Shown one piece after another: positions 27,805 through 37,475 of a stretch of 64,000 nucleotides of DNA (positions within the stretch are counted from its first letter, which is position 1; each line of letters begins with the position of its first letter). The notes beneath the pieces were generated by a model. The model saw nothing but the letters and a program-made list of their open reading frames with translations. It had not been told where the DNA came from and did no database searches. The position numbers were made by a program, and so were the translations under genes. Origin of the DNA: Bacteroidota bacterium (GTDB taxonomy: Bacteria; Bacteroidota; Bacteroidia; JADZBD01). The DNA lies in assembly GCA_040756415.1 (NCBI GenBank), contig JBFLYZ010000014.1, forward strand, positions 2,075 to 66,074, in the 5' to 3' direction.

Positions 27805-30222
27805 TCAGAAAGAGCCTTTCATGCTGATGATAAAATTTCTGCCGGGCGCGCTGATGCCGCTGGCATACGGACGGTACAGCCGGTCGCTTATGTTCTCTAT
27901 TCCCGCGTTAAGCGAAAGGTACCGGCTGACGTACAATCCCATTTTGAAGTTGAGCGTATACCAGCCCGGCACAAAAGGCCGGCCGTTCGCATCCCTGGCA
28001 TAAGGAGCATCGTCATTCCGCTCTGAAAGGGCCAGGTCCTCGTAGTCCATCCCAGCGTTATAATCGGCATACAGGTCCAGCTTGAGCATCCTGCGCTGGT
28101 AGGTGAGATGCGTATTGCCGAACAGGGGGGCGAGGTGGGATTTGGGATAATAGACCAGGCTGTCATCGCTCTGCTCCTCACCGTACTGGTAGCTGATCAC
28201 GCTTTTCAGCATCAAGCCTTTGCCTAATGCCAGCTCCAGTCCCGCCTGCAGTCCGTACACATAGGCCTTGGCGATATTCTGTATGGCCTGCACCTGGCTC
28301 ATGTTGCCGTCATAGAGGATACTATCCTGCCCATTGTAGGTGAAATTTCTCCTGGCAAGCGCATTGTCGAGGTAGGTGTAGTACAGGGCCAGATCAAGGC
28401 GCAGGAAATTGCCGAAAGCCTTGACCGTCCCGATCTCGAAATTGTAAGCGTATTCGGGTTTCAGGCCCGGGTTGGGAACGACCACCGATCCCGGCTCCGA
28501 CTCGAACACTTTCCCTATGTCATCGATATTGGGCGCCCTGAAACCCGTAGAGCCGTTCAGGTAAAGCTGCCAGCTCTGGTCGGGATTGAACACGAAGCCG
28601 ATGCCTCCGTTAAGCGCGCCATTGCTGTTCTGCGCGTGAGTGAAGGGGAAAGGAAAGAAAGTGGTGTCGAAATCGGCCTCGATCAGGGTATGGCTGTAAC
28701 GCAGGCCGCTATTGAGTATCCACCGTTCGGCCAGGCGGTATTTGACCGTACCGTACACTCCATAGCTTTGCCAGGTAGAGCCGTTGGGATAGCGCGTTGT
28801 GGTTGGGGTCACTTCGCCCGTGGCAATATGGACGCGGTTAGCCACGGAGCCTACTTTATTATAGACCCCTTCCATCCCGTAGAACAGGCTCAGCCTGTCG
28901 CTCAGCTTCTTGTCAAGGTCGAGGTTGAGCGACCAGGCATCAACGGTTTCGGTCTGGTTGCGCTGGCTGCTGCTGCCGAACTTACGGTCGTGCCGGCTCT
29001 CCTGGTAGTTCTGCATGGCCGCGACCAGGCGAAGCTGGCTGAACATCCTCCTTTCTTTTATCACGATTATTCGCAAGCGGTTCATCATCCACTTCTGAGG
29101 GCCGTAATACCATACGGCATTATCCGGCACGCTGTCGTTATTGGCATCGAGCGTAAGGCGGTCGTAGCGCGGGGCGTTCGAGGTAACGGAATAGTGAAAT
29201 CCGTATTCAGCGCTGAAGCCCGAATCGGTCATGAACGCTATCTTTTGCATGAAATTGGTCTGGCTATAGCCTGAATGCACCTGCAGGCTGGGCTCCGGGT
29301 TAGTGATGACCGTATCCGTGCCGTTGATGGTATCCTGGTAAACGGGCCGCAGGAAATACGAGTTGCCATGGCTGCCTGCCCTCAGGTCATCATAATCAGA
29401 ATAGGTAAAGGCGGTGGCGAAAGCCAGTTTTCGCAGGCCTATCCGCAGGTCCATGTGCCCGGTCTTCTCGTAATTGGCGCCCGAGTAGCGAACCAGTCCG
29501 CTGCCCTTGAACAGGGTGGTATCCGTATCGGAAAATACGGGTTCCAGCGTTTTGAACGACATGACGCCACCGATCGCATCGCTGCCGTACATGATGGCGC
29601 CCGGACCGAAGAGTATTTCCGCGCCATCAAGCCCCGAAGCATCCAGCGAAATCACATTCTGCACGTTGCCAGCGCGGAAGATCGCATTGTTCATGCGCAC
29701 CCCGTCAACCACCAGGATCACCCGGTTGGTGGCGAATCCACGTATCATGGGCGAGCCCCCGGCCAACTGGCTTTTTTGAATGTAAACGTAACCGCTGGTG
29801 CCCAGCAGGTCGGCAGCGGTCTGCGGATTCTGGAAGGCCACCTCTTTCATGTCGAGGGTCTCGATCTTATACGGGTTTTCCACCTTTTTTTCCTTCCACC
29901 GGCTGGCAATGATGGTGATCCCGCCAATAGATGAGATGGATTCGGTCAGCTCGACCACGAAGCCCGCGCTTTCGAGCTGCTTATAGGTAAACACCACGGT
30001 GGTGTAGCCGATGAACGAAATATAAATGCTGTCGGCCGCCTGAAAGGGCGATATGTTCACCTCGCCCTTCTGGTTGGTCGAGCCGTTGAGTTGCGGCTGC
30101 CTGGAGTACACCAGCGCGCCATACAACGGCTCGCGCGTGGTATTGTCGATCACGCGCAGGGTTTGCGTTCGCGCTGCGCATGAAAGAATGCACAACAGGA
30201 ACAAAATCAGGTTTTGTTTCAT
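27805..30222 (-). CDS. TonB-dependent outer-membrane receptor with N-terminal carboxypeptidase-regulatory-like domain
   Basis: 805 aa with a signal peptide, a plug-domain motif (…DGVRMNNAIFRAGNVQNVISLDASGLDGAEILFGPGAIMYGSDAIGGVMSF), a long beta-barrel and a terminal aromatic residue (…MKGSF). Confidence 0.9.
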   Translation of the reverse strand: MKQNLILFLLCILSCAARTQTLRVIDNTTREPLYGALVYSRQPQLNGSTNQKGEVNISPFQAADSIYISFIGYTTVVFTYKQLESAGFVVELTESISSIGGITIIASRWKEKKVENPYKIETLDMKEVAFQNPQTAADLLGTSGYVYIQKSQLAGGSPMIRGFATNRVILVVDGVRMNNAIFRAGNVQNVISLDASGLDGAEILFGPGAIMYGSDAIGGVMSFKTLEPVFSDTDTTLFKGSGLVRYSGANYEKTGHMDLRIGLRKLAFATAFTYSDYDDLRAGSHGNSYFLRPVYQDTINGTDTVITNPEPSLQVHSGYSQTNFMQKIAFMTDSGFSAEYGFHYSVTSNAPRYDRLTLDANNDSVPDNAVWYYGPQKWMMNRLRIIVIKERRMFSQLRLVAAMQNYQESRHDRKFGSSSQRNQTETVDAWSLNLDLDKKLSDRLSLFYGMEGVYNKVGSVANRVHIATGEVTPTTTRYPNGSTWQSYGVYGTVKYRLAERWILNSGLRYSHTLIEADFDTTFFPFPFTHAQNSNGALNGGIGFVFNPDQSWQLYLNGSTGFRAPNIDDIGKVFESEPGSVVVPNPGLKPEYAYNFEIGTVKAFGNFLRLDLALYYTYLDNALARRNFTYNGQDSILYDGNMSQVQAIQNIAKAYVYGLQAGLELALGKGLMLKSVISYQYGEEQSDDSLVYYPKSHLAPLFGNTHLTYQRRMLKLDLYADYNAGMDYEDLALSERNDDAPYARDANGRPFVPGWYTLNFKMGLYVSRYLSLNAGIENISDRLYRPYASGISAPGRNFIISMKGSF

Positions 30223-30258
30223 TTGATCGCAGTTTTAATGGTTAATAGCTAAAACAGC

Positions 30259-30774
30259 TTAACTGCGGTCGGGAGGGGGTACGGGAACAGAGGTGTAAAT
30301 GAAGGAAAGGCCTTCTGCGGGATCGTGGTAATGCACGAGCCTGCAGCCTGCAGGTTCAGGGATCAGTACCGGTATGTCCTGTGCGAACAGGACGTTCGCT
30401 TTTTGAGCAGCGTCCTTACCGGTTTTGCCGTCAGCAGTATGCGCGGCTATATGGTTCTTAATGTGATCGTCCAGGTGCCGGTGCAGCTCGTTTTCGCGGT
30501 TGTCGTTAAACACCAGCAAAACCAGCTTCCCGTATGAGCGCTTCTGCCCGAAAATATCGTAGCGGTTGCCATTGACCATGACCTCCTGCCTGTCGGTAAG
30601 CCAGGTCACCCCGGGGTCGGCCGGATCCACCACCAGCGTTTCGAGATGGGCCTTCTTGTACTGCAGCTTGGCCTCTTTTCTCGCCTGATGCAGCGAAAAG
30701 GAGAACAGCAGGTAATAGCCACCGATGTTAAACAGGAAAACCGGCAGGAAAAGACAGGGTAAAACCCGTTTCAT
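30259..30774 (-). CDS. Hypothetical membrane-anchored protein, co-oriented upstream of the TonB-dependent receptor
   Basis: 171 aa with an N-terminal TM (VLPCLFLPVFLFNIGGYYLLF). There is a 37-bp gap to the receptor gene, and I recognise no family. Confidence 0.4.
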   Translation of the reverse strand: MKRVLPCLFLPVFLFNIGGYYLLFSFSLHQARKEAKLQYKKAHLETLVVDPADPGVTWLTDRQEVMVNGNRYDIFGQKRSYGKLVLLVFNDNRENELHRHLDDHIKNHIAAHTADGKTGKDAAQKANVLFAQDIPVLIPEPAGCRLVHYHDPAEGLSFIYTSVPVPPPDRS

Positions 30775-30824
30775 ATCAACAAACCTAATGAAAAATTTTT
30801 ATTCGTGCCGTTCTGTCACTATAC

Positions 30825-31595
30825 TTGTATTGGCATAAACATTGCCGCGCCACCCAAAACGTACGCGTGGATCAGGAGCTGAGAACCGAAAGGCAGAAGA
30901 TACTGAACGGGATTTTTTTTCCCACCCTGTTCGTTGCCATCCTGTGGATCATTTATTTTGCCCAGCATGTATTTCATATCGAATCCTTTGATTTCGGCCT
31001 TTTCCCCAGGTCTTTCAGCCGCATTTACGGCATTTTTACCTACCAGTTGGTGCACGATACCCGCGGGATAGGGCATATTTTCTCCAATTCGGTGCCCCTC
31101 CTGGTGCTCGGATCCATCATTTTCTATTTTTACCGCGGCATCGCTTTCCCGGTGTTTTTCTGGGTCTATTTCATGACCGGGATATGGCTCTGGGCGGCCG
31201 GGCGCAGCGGGACCTGCCACGTTGGCTCCAGCGGGCTGGTGTACGGTTTTGTAAGCTTTCTCTTTTTCAGCGGCATTTTCCGATGGGACAGGCGCCTGCT
31301 CATTCTATCCATGCTGGTAGTGTTCCTGTACGGGAGCATCATCTGGGGTATGTTCCCCATTACCCCTTCCAATGTATCCTGGGAGGGCCACCTGCTTGGC
31401 TTCGTTTCGGGTGTCGTTACCGCTTATTTCTACCGCAAGGAAGGGCCGAAAAAGGAGGAGAAGCACTGGGATGATGATGAAGAGGAGGAGGACAGCGAGC
31501 TTCACGGTGAAGAAGGGGCCGGCCAGGATGGCACGATCATCAACTACGAATATAAAGAGAAGGATGAGGATCGCGATACGGAGGAAAAGAGGTAA
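30825..31595 (+). CDS. Rhomboid family intramembrane serine protease with acidic C-terminal tail
   Basis: Catalytic GxSG (GSSGLVYG) and His (EGHLLGFVSG) lie in TM helices, with HIFSNSVPL upstream. The start is uncertain: TTG at 30825 or GTG at about 30867. The tail is Asp/Glu-rich. Confidence 0.75.
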   Translation: MYWHKHCRATQNVRVDQELRTERQKILNGIFFPTLFVAILWIIYFAQHVFHIESFDFGLFPRSFSRIYGIFTYQLVHDTRGIGHIFSNSVPLLVLGSIIFYFYRGIAFPVFFWVYFMTGIWLWAAGRSGTCHVGSSGLVYGFVSFLFFSGIFRWDRRLLILSMLVVFLYGSIIWGMFPITPSNVSWEGHLLGFVSGVVTAYFYRKEGPKKEEKHWDDDEEEEDSELHGEEGAGQDGTIINYEYKEKDEDRDTEEKR

Positions 31596-31695
31596 AAGCC
31601 GCGCGGGTGTCCACATGGCATTGTTAATTCAATTTTAAACTTCCGAAAAGGGCAGGTATATAAAATGTCCTATTTTTGGTTCCGAACCAGCACTT

Positions 31696-32820
31696 ATGGG
31701 CGCGCCAGAAAGCGACAAGCTCCGTTATGTTTATGACCTGTTCGGAAAGATGAGCAGGTACGACATGAATTACCTCTATCATGGCGATTTTTCTCCCAGC
31801 CTGACGGATAGCATACTTTCATTCGCTGAGTCCAGCCTCACCAGCATAGGCGAGTCGGTAAAAATGCGCAAGAAGGTGTATTTCATCATGGTGGAGTCGC
31901 TGCAGAACATCACCCGCCACCAGGAGGCCGGGCATAAGCCGGAGGGCTCCAGCTTTTTTATCATACAGGGCGTGCAGAACGGCTACTTCATCACTTCGGG
32001 CAATCATGTGGCCAGCCACCTGGTGCCCAACCTGCGCTCGCGCCTGGATATGGTCAACAGCCTGGATCCGGCCAACCTGAAAGCCTATTCGCAGGAGCTG
32101 CTGGAAGCGGGCGCCCTATCCCAGAAGGGAGGGGCCGGCCTGGGCCTGATCGAAATGGCCCGCAGGAGCGGCAACAAGCTGCATTACGATTTTGTGGAGC
32201 AGGCAAAGGACATTTCCTTTTTTTACTACCAGATCAAGGTATTTGCGCCCGAATCGAACGGGCACGCGAATTACAGCGACAGCTTCGAGTTCGCCCAGGA
32301 GCTGCACCGCCTGCTCATAGCCCGCAACATCAATATCGTTTACCAGGGCGGCTTCAGCAACGAGAATGTAAGCGGGGTGCTGCAGATGATTGAGGGCAGC
32401 TTTGCCGAGAAGAACAGCGATTTCCTGAGCAAGCAGGTGTTCAGTGTGATCGTTGAGCTGCTGCACAATATTTATGAGCATGCCGACAGCTTCGAGATCG
32501 ATGCCGAGGCCAAGCCGGGCATGTTCCTGATCGGCATGGAAGGCAACGATTACGTGATCACTACGGGCAACCTGGTGCTGACCAGCAAGACCGAGGCCCT
32601 GCATCACCGCATCGAAAAGCTGAATAACCTGGGCGAGGCCGACCTGAAGCGCATGATGAGCGAGGTGAGGGAGAAGAAGGAGATAGCGGGCAAGGTGGGA
32701 AGCGAGTTTGGCCTGGAAGACATACGCACCAAATGCTCGGGAAAGATCGTGTACAGCATGCAACCGGTCAACGAGCGTTATTCGTTCTTTACCATGCAGG
32801 TAAGGATAACCGATAAGTAG
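31696..32820 (+). CDS. Tandem-duplicated SiaB-like (GHKL-type) putative serine/threonine kinase
   Basis: Two halves (about 1-200 and 205-374) are both similar to the 180-aa protein at 48673..49215. The first half keeps the Gly box QKGGAGLGLIEMARRSGNKLHYDF. In the second half it is degenerate (GKVGSEFGLEDIRTKCSGKIVYSM). Confidence 0.55.
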   Translation: MGAPESDKLRYVYDLFGKMSRYDMNYLYHGDFSPSLTDSILSFAESSLTSIGESVKMRKKVYFIMVESLQNITRHQEAGHKPEGSSFFIIQGVQNGYFITSGNHVASHLVPNLRSRLDMVNSLDPANLKAYSQELLEAGALSQKGGAGLGLIEMARRSGNKLHYDFVEQAKDISFFYYQIKVFAPESNGHANYSDSFEFAQELHRLLIARNINIVYQGGFSNENVSGVLQMIEGSFAEKNSDFLSKQVFSVIVELLHNIYEHADSFEIDAEAKPGMFLIGMEGNDYVITTGNLVLTSKTEALHHRIEKLNNLGEADLKRMMSEVREKKEIAGKVGSEFGLEDIRTKCSGKIVYSMQPVNERYSFFTMQVRITDK

Positions 32821-32823
32821 AAA

Positions 32824-33375
32824 ATGGATACACTGGATACTGCGGGAACAGACGAGAAAAAACCGTATAGCGGTTACGCTGGCTTCTGGATGCGCTTTGC
32901 CGCCTACCTGATTGACTCCATTCTCCTGAACATCATTACGCTCATCGTGCTGAAGCCCGCGCTCGCGCTGGCCGGCATCCGCTATCCTGAGGCCGACCAG
33001 GAAAGAATAAAGGAACTGATGGAAATGCTGGAAGAGGGCGTACTGCTTTCGCAGACCGAAATGATACAAATGCTGCTGGGCGTGACCCTCACGGAGTATT
33101 TTGTGGTTGTGGGAGCCACCATCGTGGCCGCCTGGCTGTATTTCGCGCTCATGGAATCTTCGGCCAAAATGGGAACCCTGGGCAAGATGGCCCTGGGCCT
33201 GCGCGTGACCGATATGGAAGGCAACCGCATATCCTTCCTGCGCGCTACCGGAAGGCATTTCGCCAAGATCGTTTCAGGCATGACGCTCCTGATCGGCTAC
33301 ATCATGGCGGGTTTCACGGAAAAGAAGCAGGCCCTGCACGATGTGATGGCCGGCTGCCTGGTATGGCGCAAATAA
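32824..33375 (+). CDS. RDD family membrane protein
   Basis: RDD-domain hallmarks (YAGFWMRFAAYLIDSIL… LGKMALGLRVTDMEGNRISFLRATGRHFAKIVS). It starts 4 bp after the previous gene. Confidence 0.8.
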   Translation: MDTLDTAGTDEKKPYSGYAGFWMRFAAYLIDSILLNIITLIVLKPALALAGIRYPEADQERIKELMEMLEEGVLLSQTEMIQMLLGVTLTEYFVVVGATIVAAWLYFALMESSAKMGTLGKMALGLRVTDMEGNRISFLRATGRHFAKIVSGMTLLIGYIMAGFTEKKQALHDVMAGCLVWRK

Positions 33376-33381
33376 ACTCGA

Positions 33382-34920
33382 TCACTCCTTAACAAACTCG
33401 TACGGCATGAAATCGATGAACTCGTTCACGGTTACCGTTACCGACTTCACTTTGCCGTCAACCACCGTGAAAGGGATCTTTTTGATGCTGTATTCGGGGT
33501 CAGAATAAGTGCACAGGAAGGTGTTGTTCTCCATGAACTCGAGTATGCCGATCACCTGCGGGTGATGGGCGAAATGCAGGTACAGCTTGCCTTTGGGAAG
33601 GCCTTTGGGCAGTGAAGGGGCTTTGCTGCTGACGGTGATCTTTCCGTAAACGGGATTGGAGTAGGTGCCTTCGTACAGCTTCACATCCACGGGCGATTTG
33701 CTTTCCTTGTCAGCTATGTATTTCCAGAAGCTGATCTCATCGTTCTGCTTTTTCATGTCCTTCTTGAAGTTCTGGTAATAGATATCGCTGTAGTTCTTGT
33801 AAGGCAGTCCCATAAACGCGTCAATGAGCTGCAGGCGCAGTGCGGTGTAGAGATCATTGGCATCGGTATTGGTCAGCACCACGATGCCCAGGTCCATTTC
33901 GGGGATAAAGCAGGTGGTGGTGACAAAGCCGTTGGCGCCCCCGTTATGCGAGATGATCTTTTTGCCGTTGTAATCTTCCATGAACCAGCCCAGCCCGTAG
34001 GTCTGGAAATGTCTGGAAGGGAAGAGGGGGTTGGTATTATCGCGCACGATCATCTGAGAGGTGCGGGTTTCGCGCAGCACGGGCCAGGGGAATACCCGTT
34101 TCCCATCGAACATCCCGCTGTCGAGCTGCATGAGCAGCCAGTTGCAGAGGTCCCTGGCGCTGGAATTAAGGGATGCTGCCGGGCCCAGGTTATCGATGTT
34201 CACGAAAGGCATTACCACCAGTTGGTTGTTCACCAGCGTATAGGGCTTGCAGGCGTTCTTGTCGGAATTGATGGCGGCCCATGTGGTGCTGGTGCGATCC
34301 ATTTTCAGGGGCTTGAAAAAATGATGGTACAGGAAATCATCCCAGGTGGTATCCGTTACCAGCGGGATCACCTCGCCAGCAGCCAGGAAAGCCGCATTGC
34401 AGTAACCGTACCGGGCGCGGAAGCCATATACCGGCACCACGTTGCGCATGTTGGCGATAATCTCTTTTCGCGAAAGGTTGCATCCCCAGTTGAGCATGTC
34501 GCTCTGGAAGGTCTCGAAGCCTATGCGGTGGCAAAGCAGGTCGCGAATGGTCACCTCGCTGCTGGCGTAATCGCTATATAATTTGAATTCTTTCATCCAC
34601 TTCTGCACCTTGTCATCGAGCGAAAGCCGCTTTTGGTAATGCAGCAGGGCCAGGGCGGTGCCGGTAAAGGCCTTGGAGTTGCTGGCTATCTGGAAAAGGG
34701 TATGCTCGTCCACCTTGTCCGGCTTGCCCGTTTCGCGTACCCCATAACCTTTGCACACCAGTATCTTCCCTTCTTTCACAATGGCAAGGGCCATGCCGGG
34801 CACCTGCCATTTCTTCATTTCGCGGTTCACATAGGTGTCGAGGCTGTCGGTGACAAAATCTCCCTGCGCATGGCCCGGCAGGGCGGGCAGCAGGAGGAGG
34901 AAGAAAAAGAGTTTTTTCAT
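33382..34920 (-). CDS. Serine hydrolase of the beta-lactamase/transpeptidase superfamily with C-terminal extension
   Basis: Signal peptide and an S-x-x-K motif (ASNSKAF) near the N-terminus. It is 512 aa, typical of class-C-like esterase/PBP proteins with a DUF3471-like C-terminal domain. Confidence 0.8.
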   Translation of the reverse strand: MKKLFFFLLLLPALPGHAQGDFVTDSLDTYVNREMKKWQVPGMALAIVKEGKILVCKGYGVRETGKPDKVDEHTLFQIASNSKAFTGTALALLHYQKRLSLDDKVQKWMKEFKLYSDYASSEVTIRDLLCHRIGFETFQSDMLNWGCNLSRKEIIANMRNVVPVYGFRARYGYCNAAFLAAGEVIPLVTDTTWDDFLYHHFFKPLKMDRTSTTWAAINSDKNACKPYTLVNNQLVVMPFVNIDNLGPAASLNSSARDLCNWLLMQLDSGMFDGKRVFPWPVLRETRTSQMIVRDNTNPLFPSRHFQTYGLGWFMEDYNGKKIISHNGGANGFVTTTCFIPEMDLGIVVLTNTDANDLYTALRLQLIDAFMGLPYKNYSDIYYQNFKKDMKKQNDEISFWKYIADKESKSPVDVKLYEGTYSNPVYGKITVSSKAPSLPKGLPKGKLYLHFAHHPQVIGILEFMENNTFLCTYSDPEYSIKKIPFTVVDGKVKSVTVTVNEFIDFMPYEFVKE

Positions 34921-34928
34921 AAGGATCC

Positions 34929-35240
34929 TTAGTTATCCTGTAAAACGCGGTGAAGGAAAAAAGGCCCGAAAGGGAGCACCGATGCCAGCAGCCCCCACGC
35001 CACCTTTTTGAAGTTCCAGCTTAAGGTAACAGCGATATAAGCGAGCATCATTACATAAAGCACAAAAAGCACCCCGTGTATCATGCCGGTCACGCGTACA
35101 TACTCGGGCATGTTCCAGAGGTATTTCAGGGGCATGGCAATGCCCAGCAGGGCGATGAAGGATACGCCTTCGGCATAGGCCAGCCAGAAGAAGTTCCTTA
35201 AAAGACCCGCTTGCTTTTCCATATCAGGGTTTATATTCAT
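34929..35240 (-). CDS. DUF3817-like small integral membrane protein
   Basis: 103 aa with three hydrophobic helices. It overlaps the upstream gene by 17 bp, which suggests an operon. Confidence 0.55.
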   Translation of the reverse strand: MNINPDMEKQAGLLRNFFWLAYAEGVSFIALLGIAMPLKYLWNMPEYVRVTGMIHGVLFVLYVMMLAYIAVTLSWNFKKVAWGLLASVLPFGPFFLHRVLQDN

Positions 35241-36369
35241 ACTTAAGCACCTTCACGCCCGACCAGTTCGACTTGAAGGGAATGCCCAGCGTGCAGATAT
35301 AGGACAAATAGACCTCGTTCCCGCAACGGGAAACTCCCCAGGTGCCCATTTCATTTGCTATGCCACCGTAAACGCACATGATCCCGGGGGCAAGCGGGTC
35401 TTTTACGCTAAGCACGTACATGTCGCTTTTGCCGGTCGATACAAAGAGCAGCTTGCTTTTGTGGTCCATCACGATCTCGTTGCAGTGCCCATCGCTCTTG
35501 AACCATTTCATGCCGCTCTCCTCGCATTTCCAGGGGTTCCACCAGTGGACCAATTTGAGGGCAGCGGGTTCTTTGATGCTGATCACCTCTATGCCGCAAT
35601 AGTCAACGGCCACATAGGCCAGCGTGTCGTCAAGCACAATGTTGTTATAGGCCCTGGGTTTCCCGTTCATCGCGGGATTGGAATACTTGCCTGTTTCCCT
35701 GGGGTTCTTTTTGTCCTTCACATCGATCACGCGCAGTCCGCCCGCGTCATAGCAGAGGTACACTTTGTCATCGCGCAGGGCCATGCCCCTGGCATTGATC
35801 TTTTTGGCATCGTACTTAACCTCCGGAAATTTCAGGTCGGGGATGAGTTGCGAAACCAGCTTGGGGGCTTTCTTGTCGCCCACATCGAAAATCATCAGCC
35901 CTTTGCTCATGGCGCCCAGGTATGCGTATTGGCCATCGCTCTCCACGATGCCTGCCCCGCATTTGGATTCAGGATCGCTCCATACGGCAGCCACCGCAGC
36001 CTGGGCGGGCAGGCTTACATCCACTATGGCCATGCCCGGGCTCTGCACGGCTTTGGCAAAGCTGTTTCCCAGGGCCAGGTACAGGTAGTTGCCCTGCTGC
36101 GAAAGGCTCATCACATGCAGGTTGTGCAATGCCGATGCGGGGATGGTCTTCACCAGCGATGCGGAAGATGAGGTGAGGCTGTATATCTTCAGCCCCGCAT
36201 CCTTGCAGGCCACGTACAGGAAATCCTTTCCCTGCGCATCGTGCTTCATGGTCATGACGTTGCCCTTGCAGTCGGAAGGGATATCGTACTTGAGCTGCAC
36301 GGTGCAGGTTTGAGCCGGCAGCATGGTATAAAGCGCCAGAAAAAGGATAAGTATGAATGCCGACCTCAT
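35224..36369 (-). CDS. Secreted LVIVD-repeat beta-propeller protein
   Basis: Signal peptide MRSAFILILFLALYTMLPAQ and repeated x-L-x-V-x-D-V/I-S blades (MAIVDVSL, LMIFDVGD, LRVIDVKD, IEVISIKE, MYVLSVKD). Confidence 0.6.
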   Translation of the reverse strand: MRSAFILILFLALYTMLPAQTCTVQLKYDIPSDCKGNVMTMKHDAQGKDFLYVACKDAGLKIYSLTSSSASLVKTIPASALHNLHVMSLSQQGNYLYLALGNSFAKAVQSPGMAIVDVSLPAQAAVAAVWSDPESKCGAGIVESDGQYAYLGAMSKGLMIFDVGDKKAPKLVSQLIPDLKFPEVKYDAKKINARGMALRDDKVYLCYDAGGLRVIDVKDKKNPRETGKYSNPAMNGKPRAYNNIVLDDTLAYVAVDYCGIEVISIKEPAALKLVHWWNPWKCEESGMKWFKSDGHCNEIVMDHKSKLLFVSTGKSDMYVLSVKDPLAPGIMCVYGGIANEMGTWGVSRCGNEVYLSYICTLGIPFKSNWSGVKVLKYEYKP

Positions 36370-36561
36370 CAGGACCGTAAAATTACTTTTATTTGCTTAA
36401 TTCTCTCAAGCATGCGGATACACCCCCGGATAAGGGGCTATCAGCGGCCTTTCGTTTTTTTATCTGGCAAATATTGCCTTATTTCGTTGCAGGATGCCTG
36501 GGATAGCAGGCTGCTCTTTGGCCTTGTCGCGCCAGGTTTATAAACTAAAACAAAATAAACT

Positions 36562-36984
36562 ATGAACCCACTTGACTCTACACAATCGACAGGAAGCAAT
36601 GAACTTACGCCCGGAGCCATGGAAGCGCTCAGAAGCACCGGGCCCTGGGTGATGTTCATGGGCATTCTGGGCATAATCGGCTCGGCAGTTATGCTTGTTG
36701 CCGCGTTTGTCATTATGGCGCTATTCCCTTTCGGCTCCGGCATACTGCCGGGGGTCGTGTATGTTATTATTGCCGTGGTCATTTTCTTTCCGCAGCTCTT
36801 CCTTGTTCAGTATTCCAACGCCCTCGGGCGCTATACCCGCGATAAGAACCCGGCCGACCTGGAAAATGCCTTGAAAAAGCAAAAGGCTTTCTGGATGTAT
36901 ATGGGTATACTCATGATCATTTACCTGGCGTTTTTTGTCATTGCCCTTCTTGCTGGCGGCTTAACGGCTTTCAGCCGCTATTGA
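36562..36984 (+). CDS. Hypothetical small integral membrane protein (two TM helices)
   Basis: 140 aa with two long hydrophobic helices and no recognisable catalytic motif. A clean terminator follows it. Confidence 0.5.
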   Translation: MNPLDSTQSTGSNELTPGAMEALRSTGPWVMFMGILGIIGSAVMLVAAFVIMALFPFGSGILPGVVYVIIAVVIFFPQLFLVQYSNALGRYTRDKNPADLENALKKQKAFWMYMGILMIIYLAFFVIALLAGGLTAFSRY

Positions 36985-37001
36985 CGCTGCGGCCCTAAAT
37001 G

Positions 37002-37032
37002 AAAAAGTCCGGACCTTGATCCGGACTTTTTT
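37002..37032 (+). terminator. Rho-independent terminator
   Basis: aaaaAGTCCGGAccttgaTCCGGACTttttt, 13 bp after the stop of 36562..36984. Confidence 0.6.
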
Positions 37033-37382
37033 ATGCCCTCATGTTCCCTATGCTGTCAGGAATGGATGAGGCGGGTAGCAAGGTTTCTCTTTAACCGCCC
37101 TACACGGCATCAGGGGGAAGGAGCGGTGGAAGCAAACGTGTTCTCATGTTTCGTGCTTTTGACCAAAGGTAATTCCATAATAATCGCACCGCCAGTCCCA
37201 TCTGGCAAGTGGCAGGCCTGACCTGGCAAGTGGCGGGTTTTAGCCGATAAGTGGTCAGTTTTTCATCCTCCGCTCATTCTGCCGGCAGCCTGAATAACGC
37301 CATATTGAAAATAATTGTACGGATTTTGCGTTAAACCTTAGCAGGTAGAATTCGTCTACCCTATAACTAAAAACCCCTCGTT

Positions 37383-37475
37383 ATGCTTACAGCAATCACA
37401 GGATTCATCATCGTAGTGTTCATTATAGCACTGACGTGGTGGAGCGTGAAGTCCGAGAACCGGAACGCGCTTTAA
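37383..37475 (+). CDS. Possible 30-aa single-TM small protein (MLTAITGFIIVVFIIALTWWSVKSENRNAL)
   Basis: A short ORF in an otherwise ORF-free 560-bp intergenic region. It has a hydrophobic core followed by a basic/polar tail, with no homology evidence. Confidence 0.2.
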   Translation: MLTAITGFIIVVFIIALTWWSVKSENRNAL

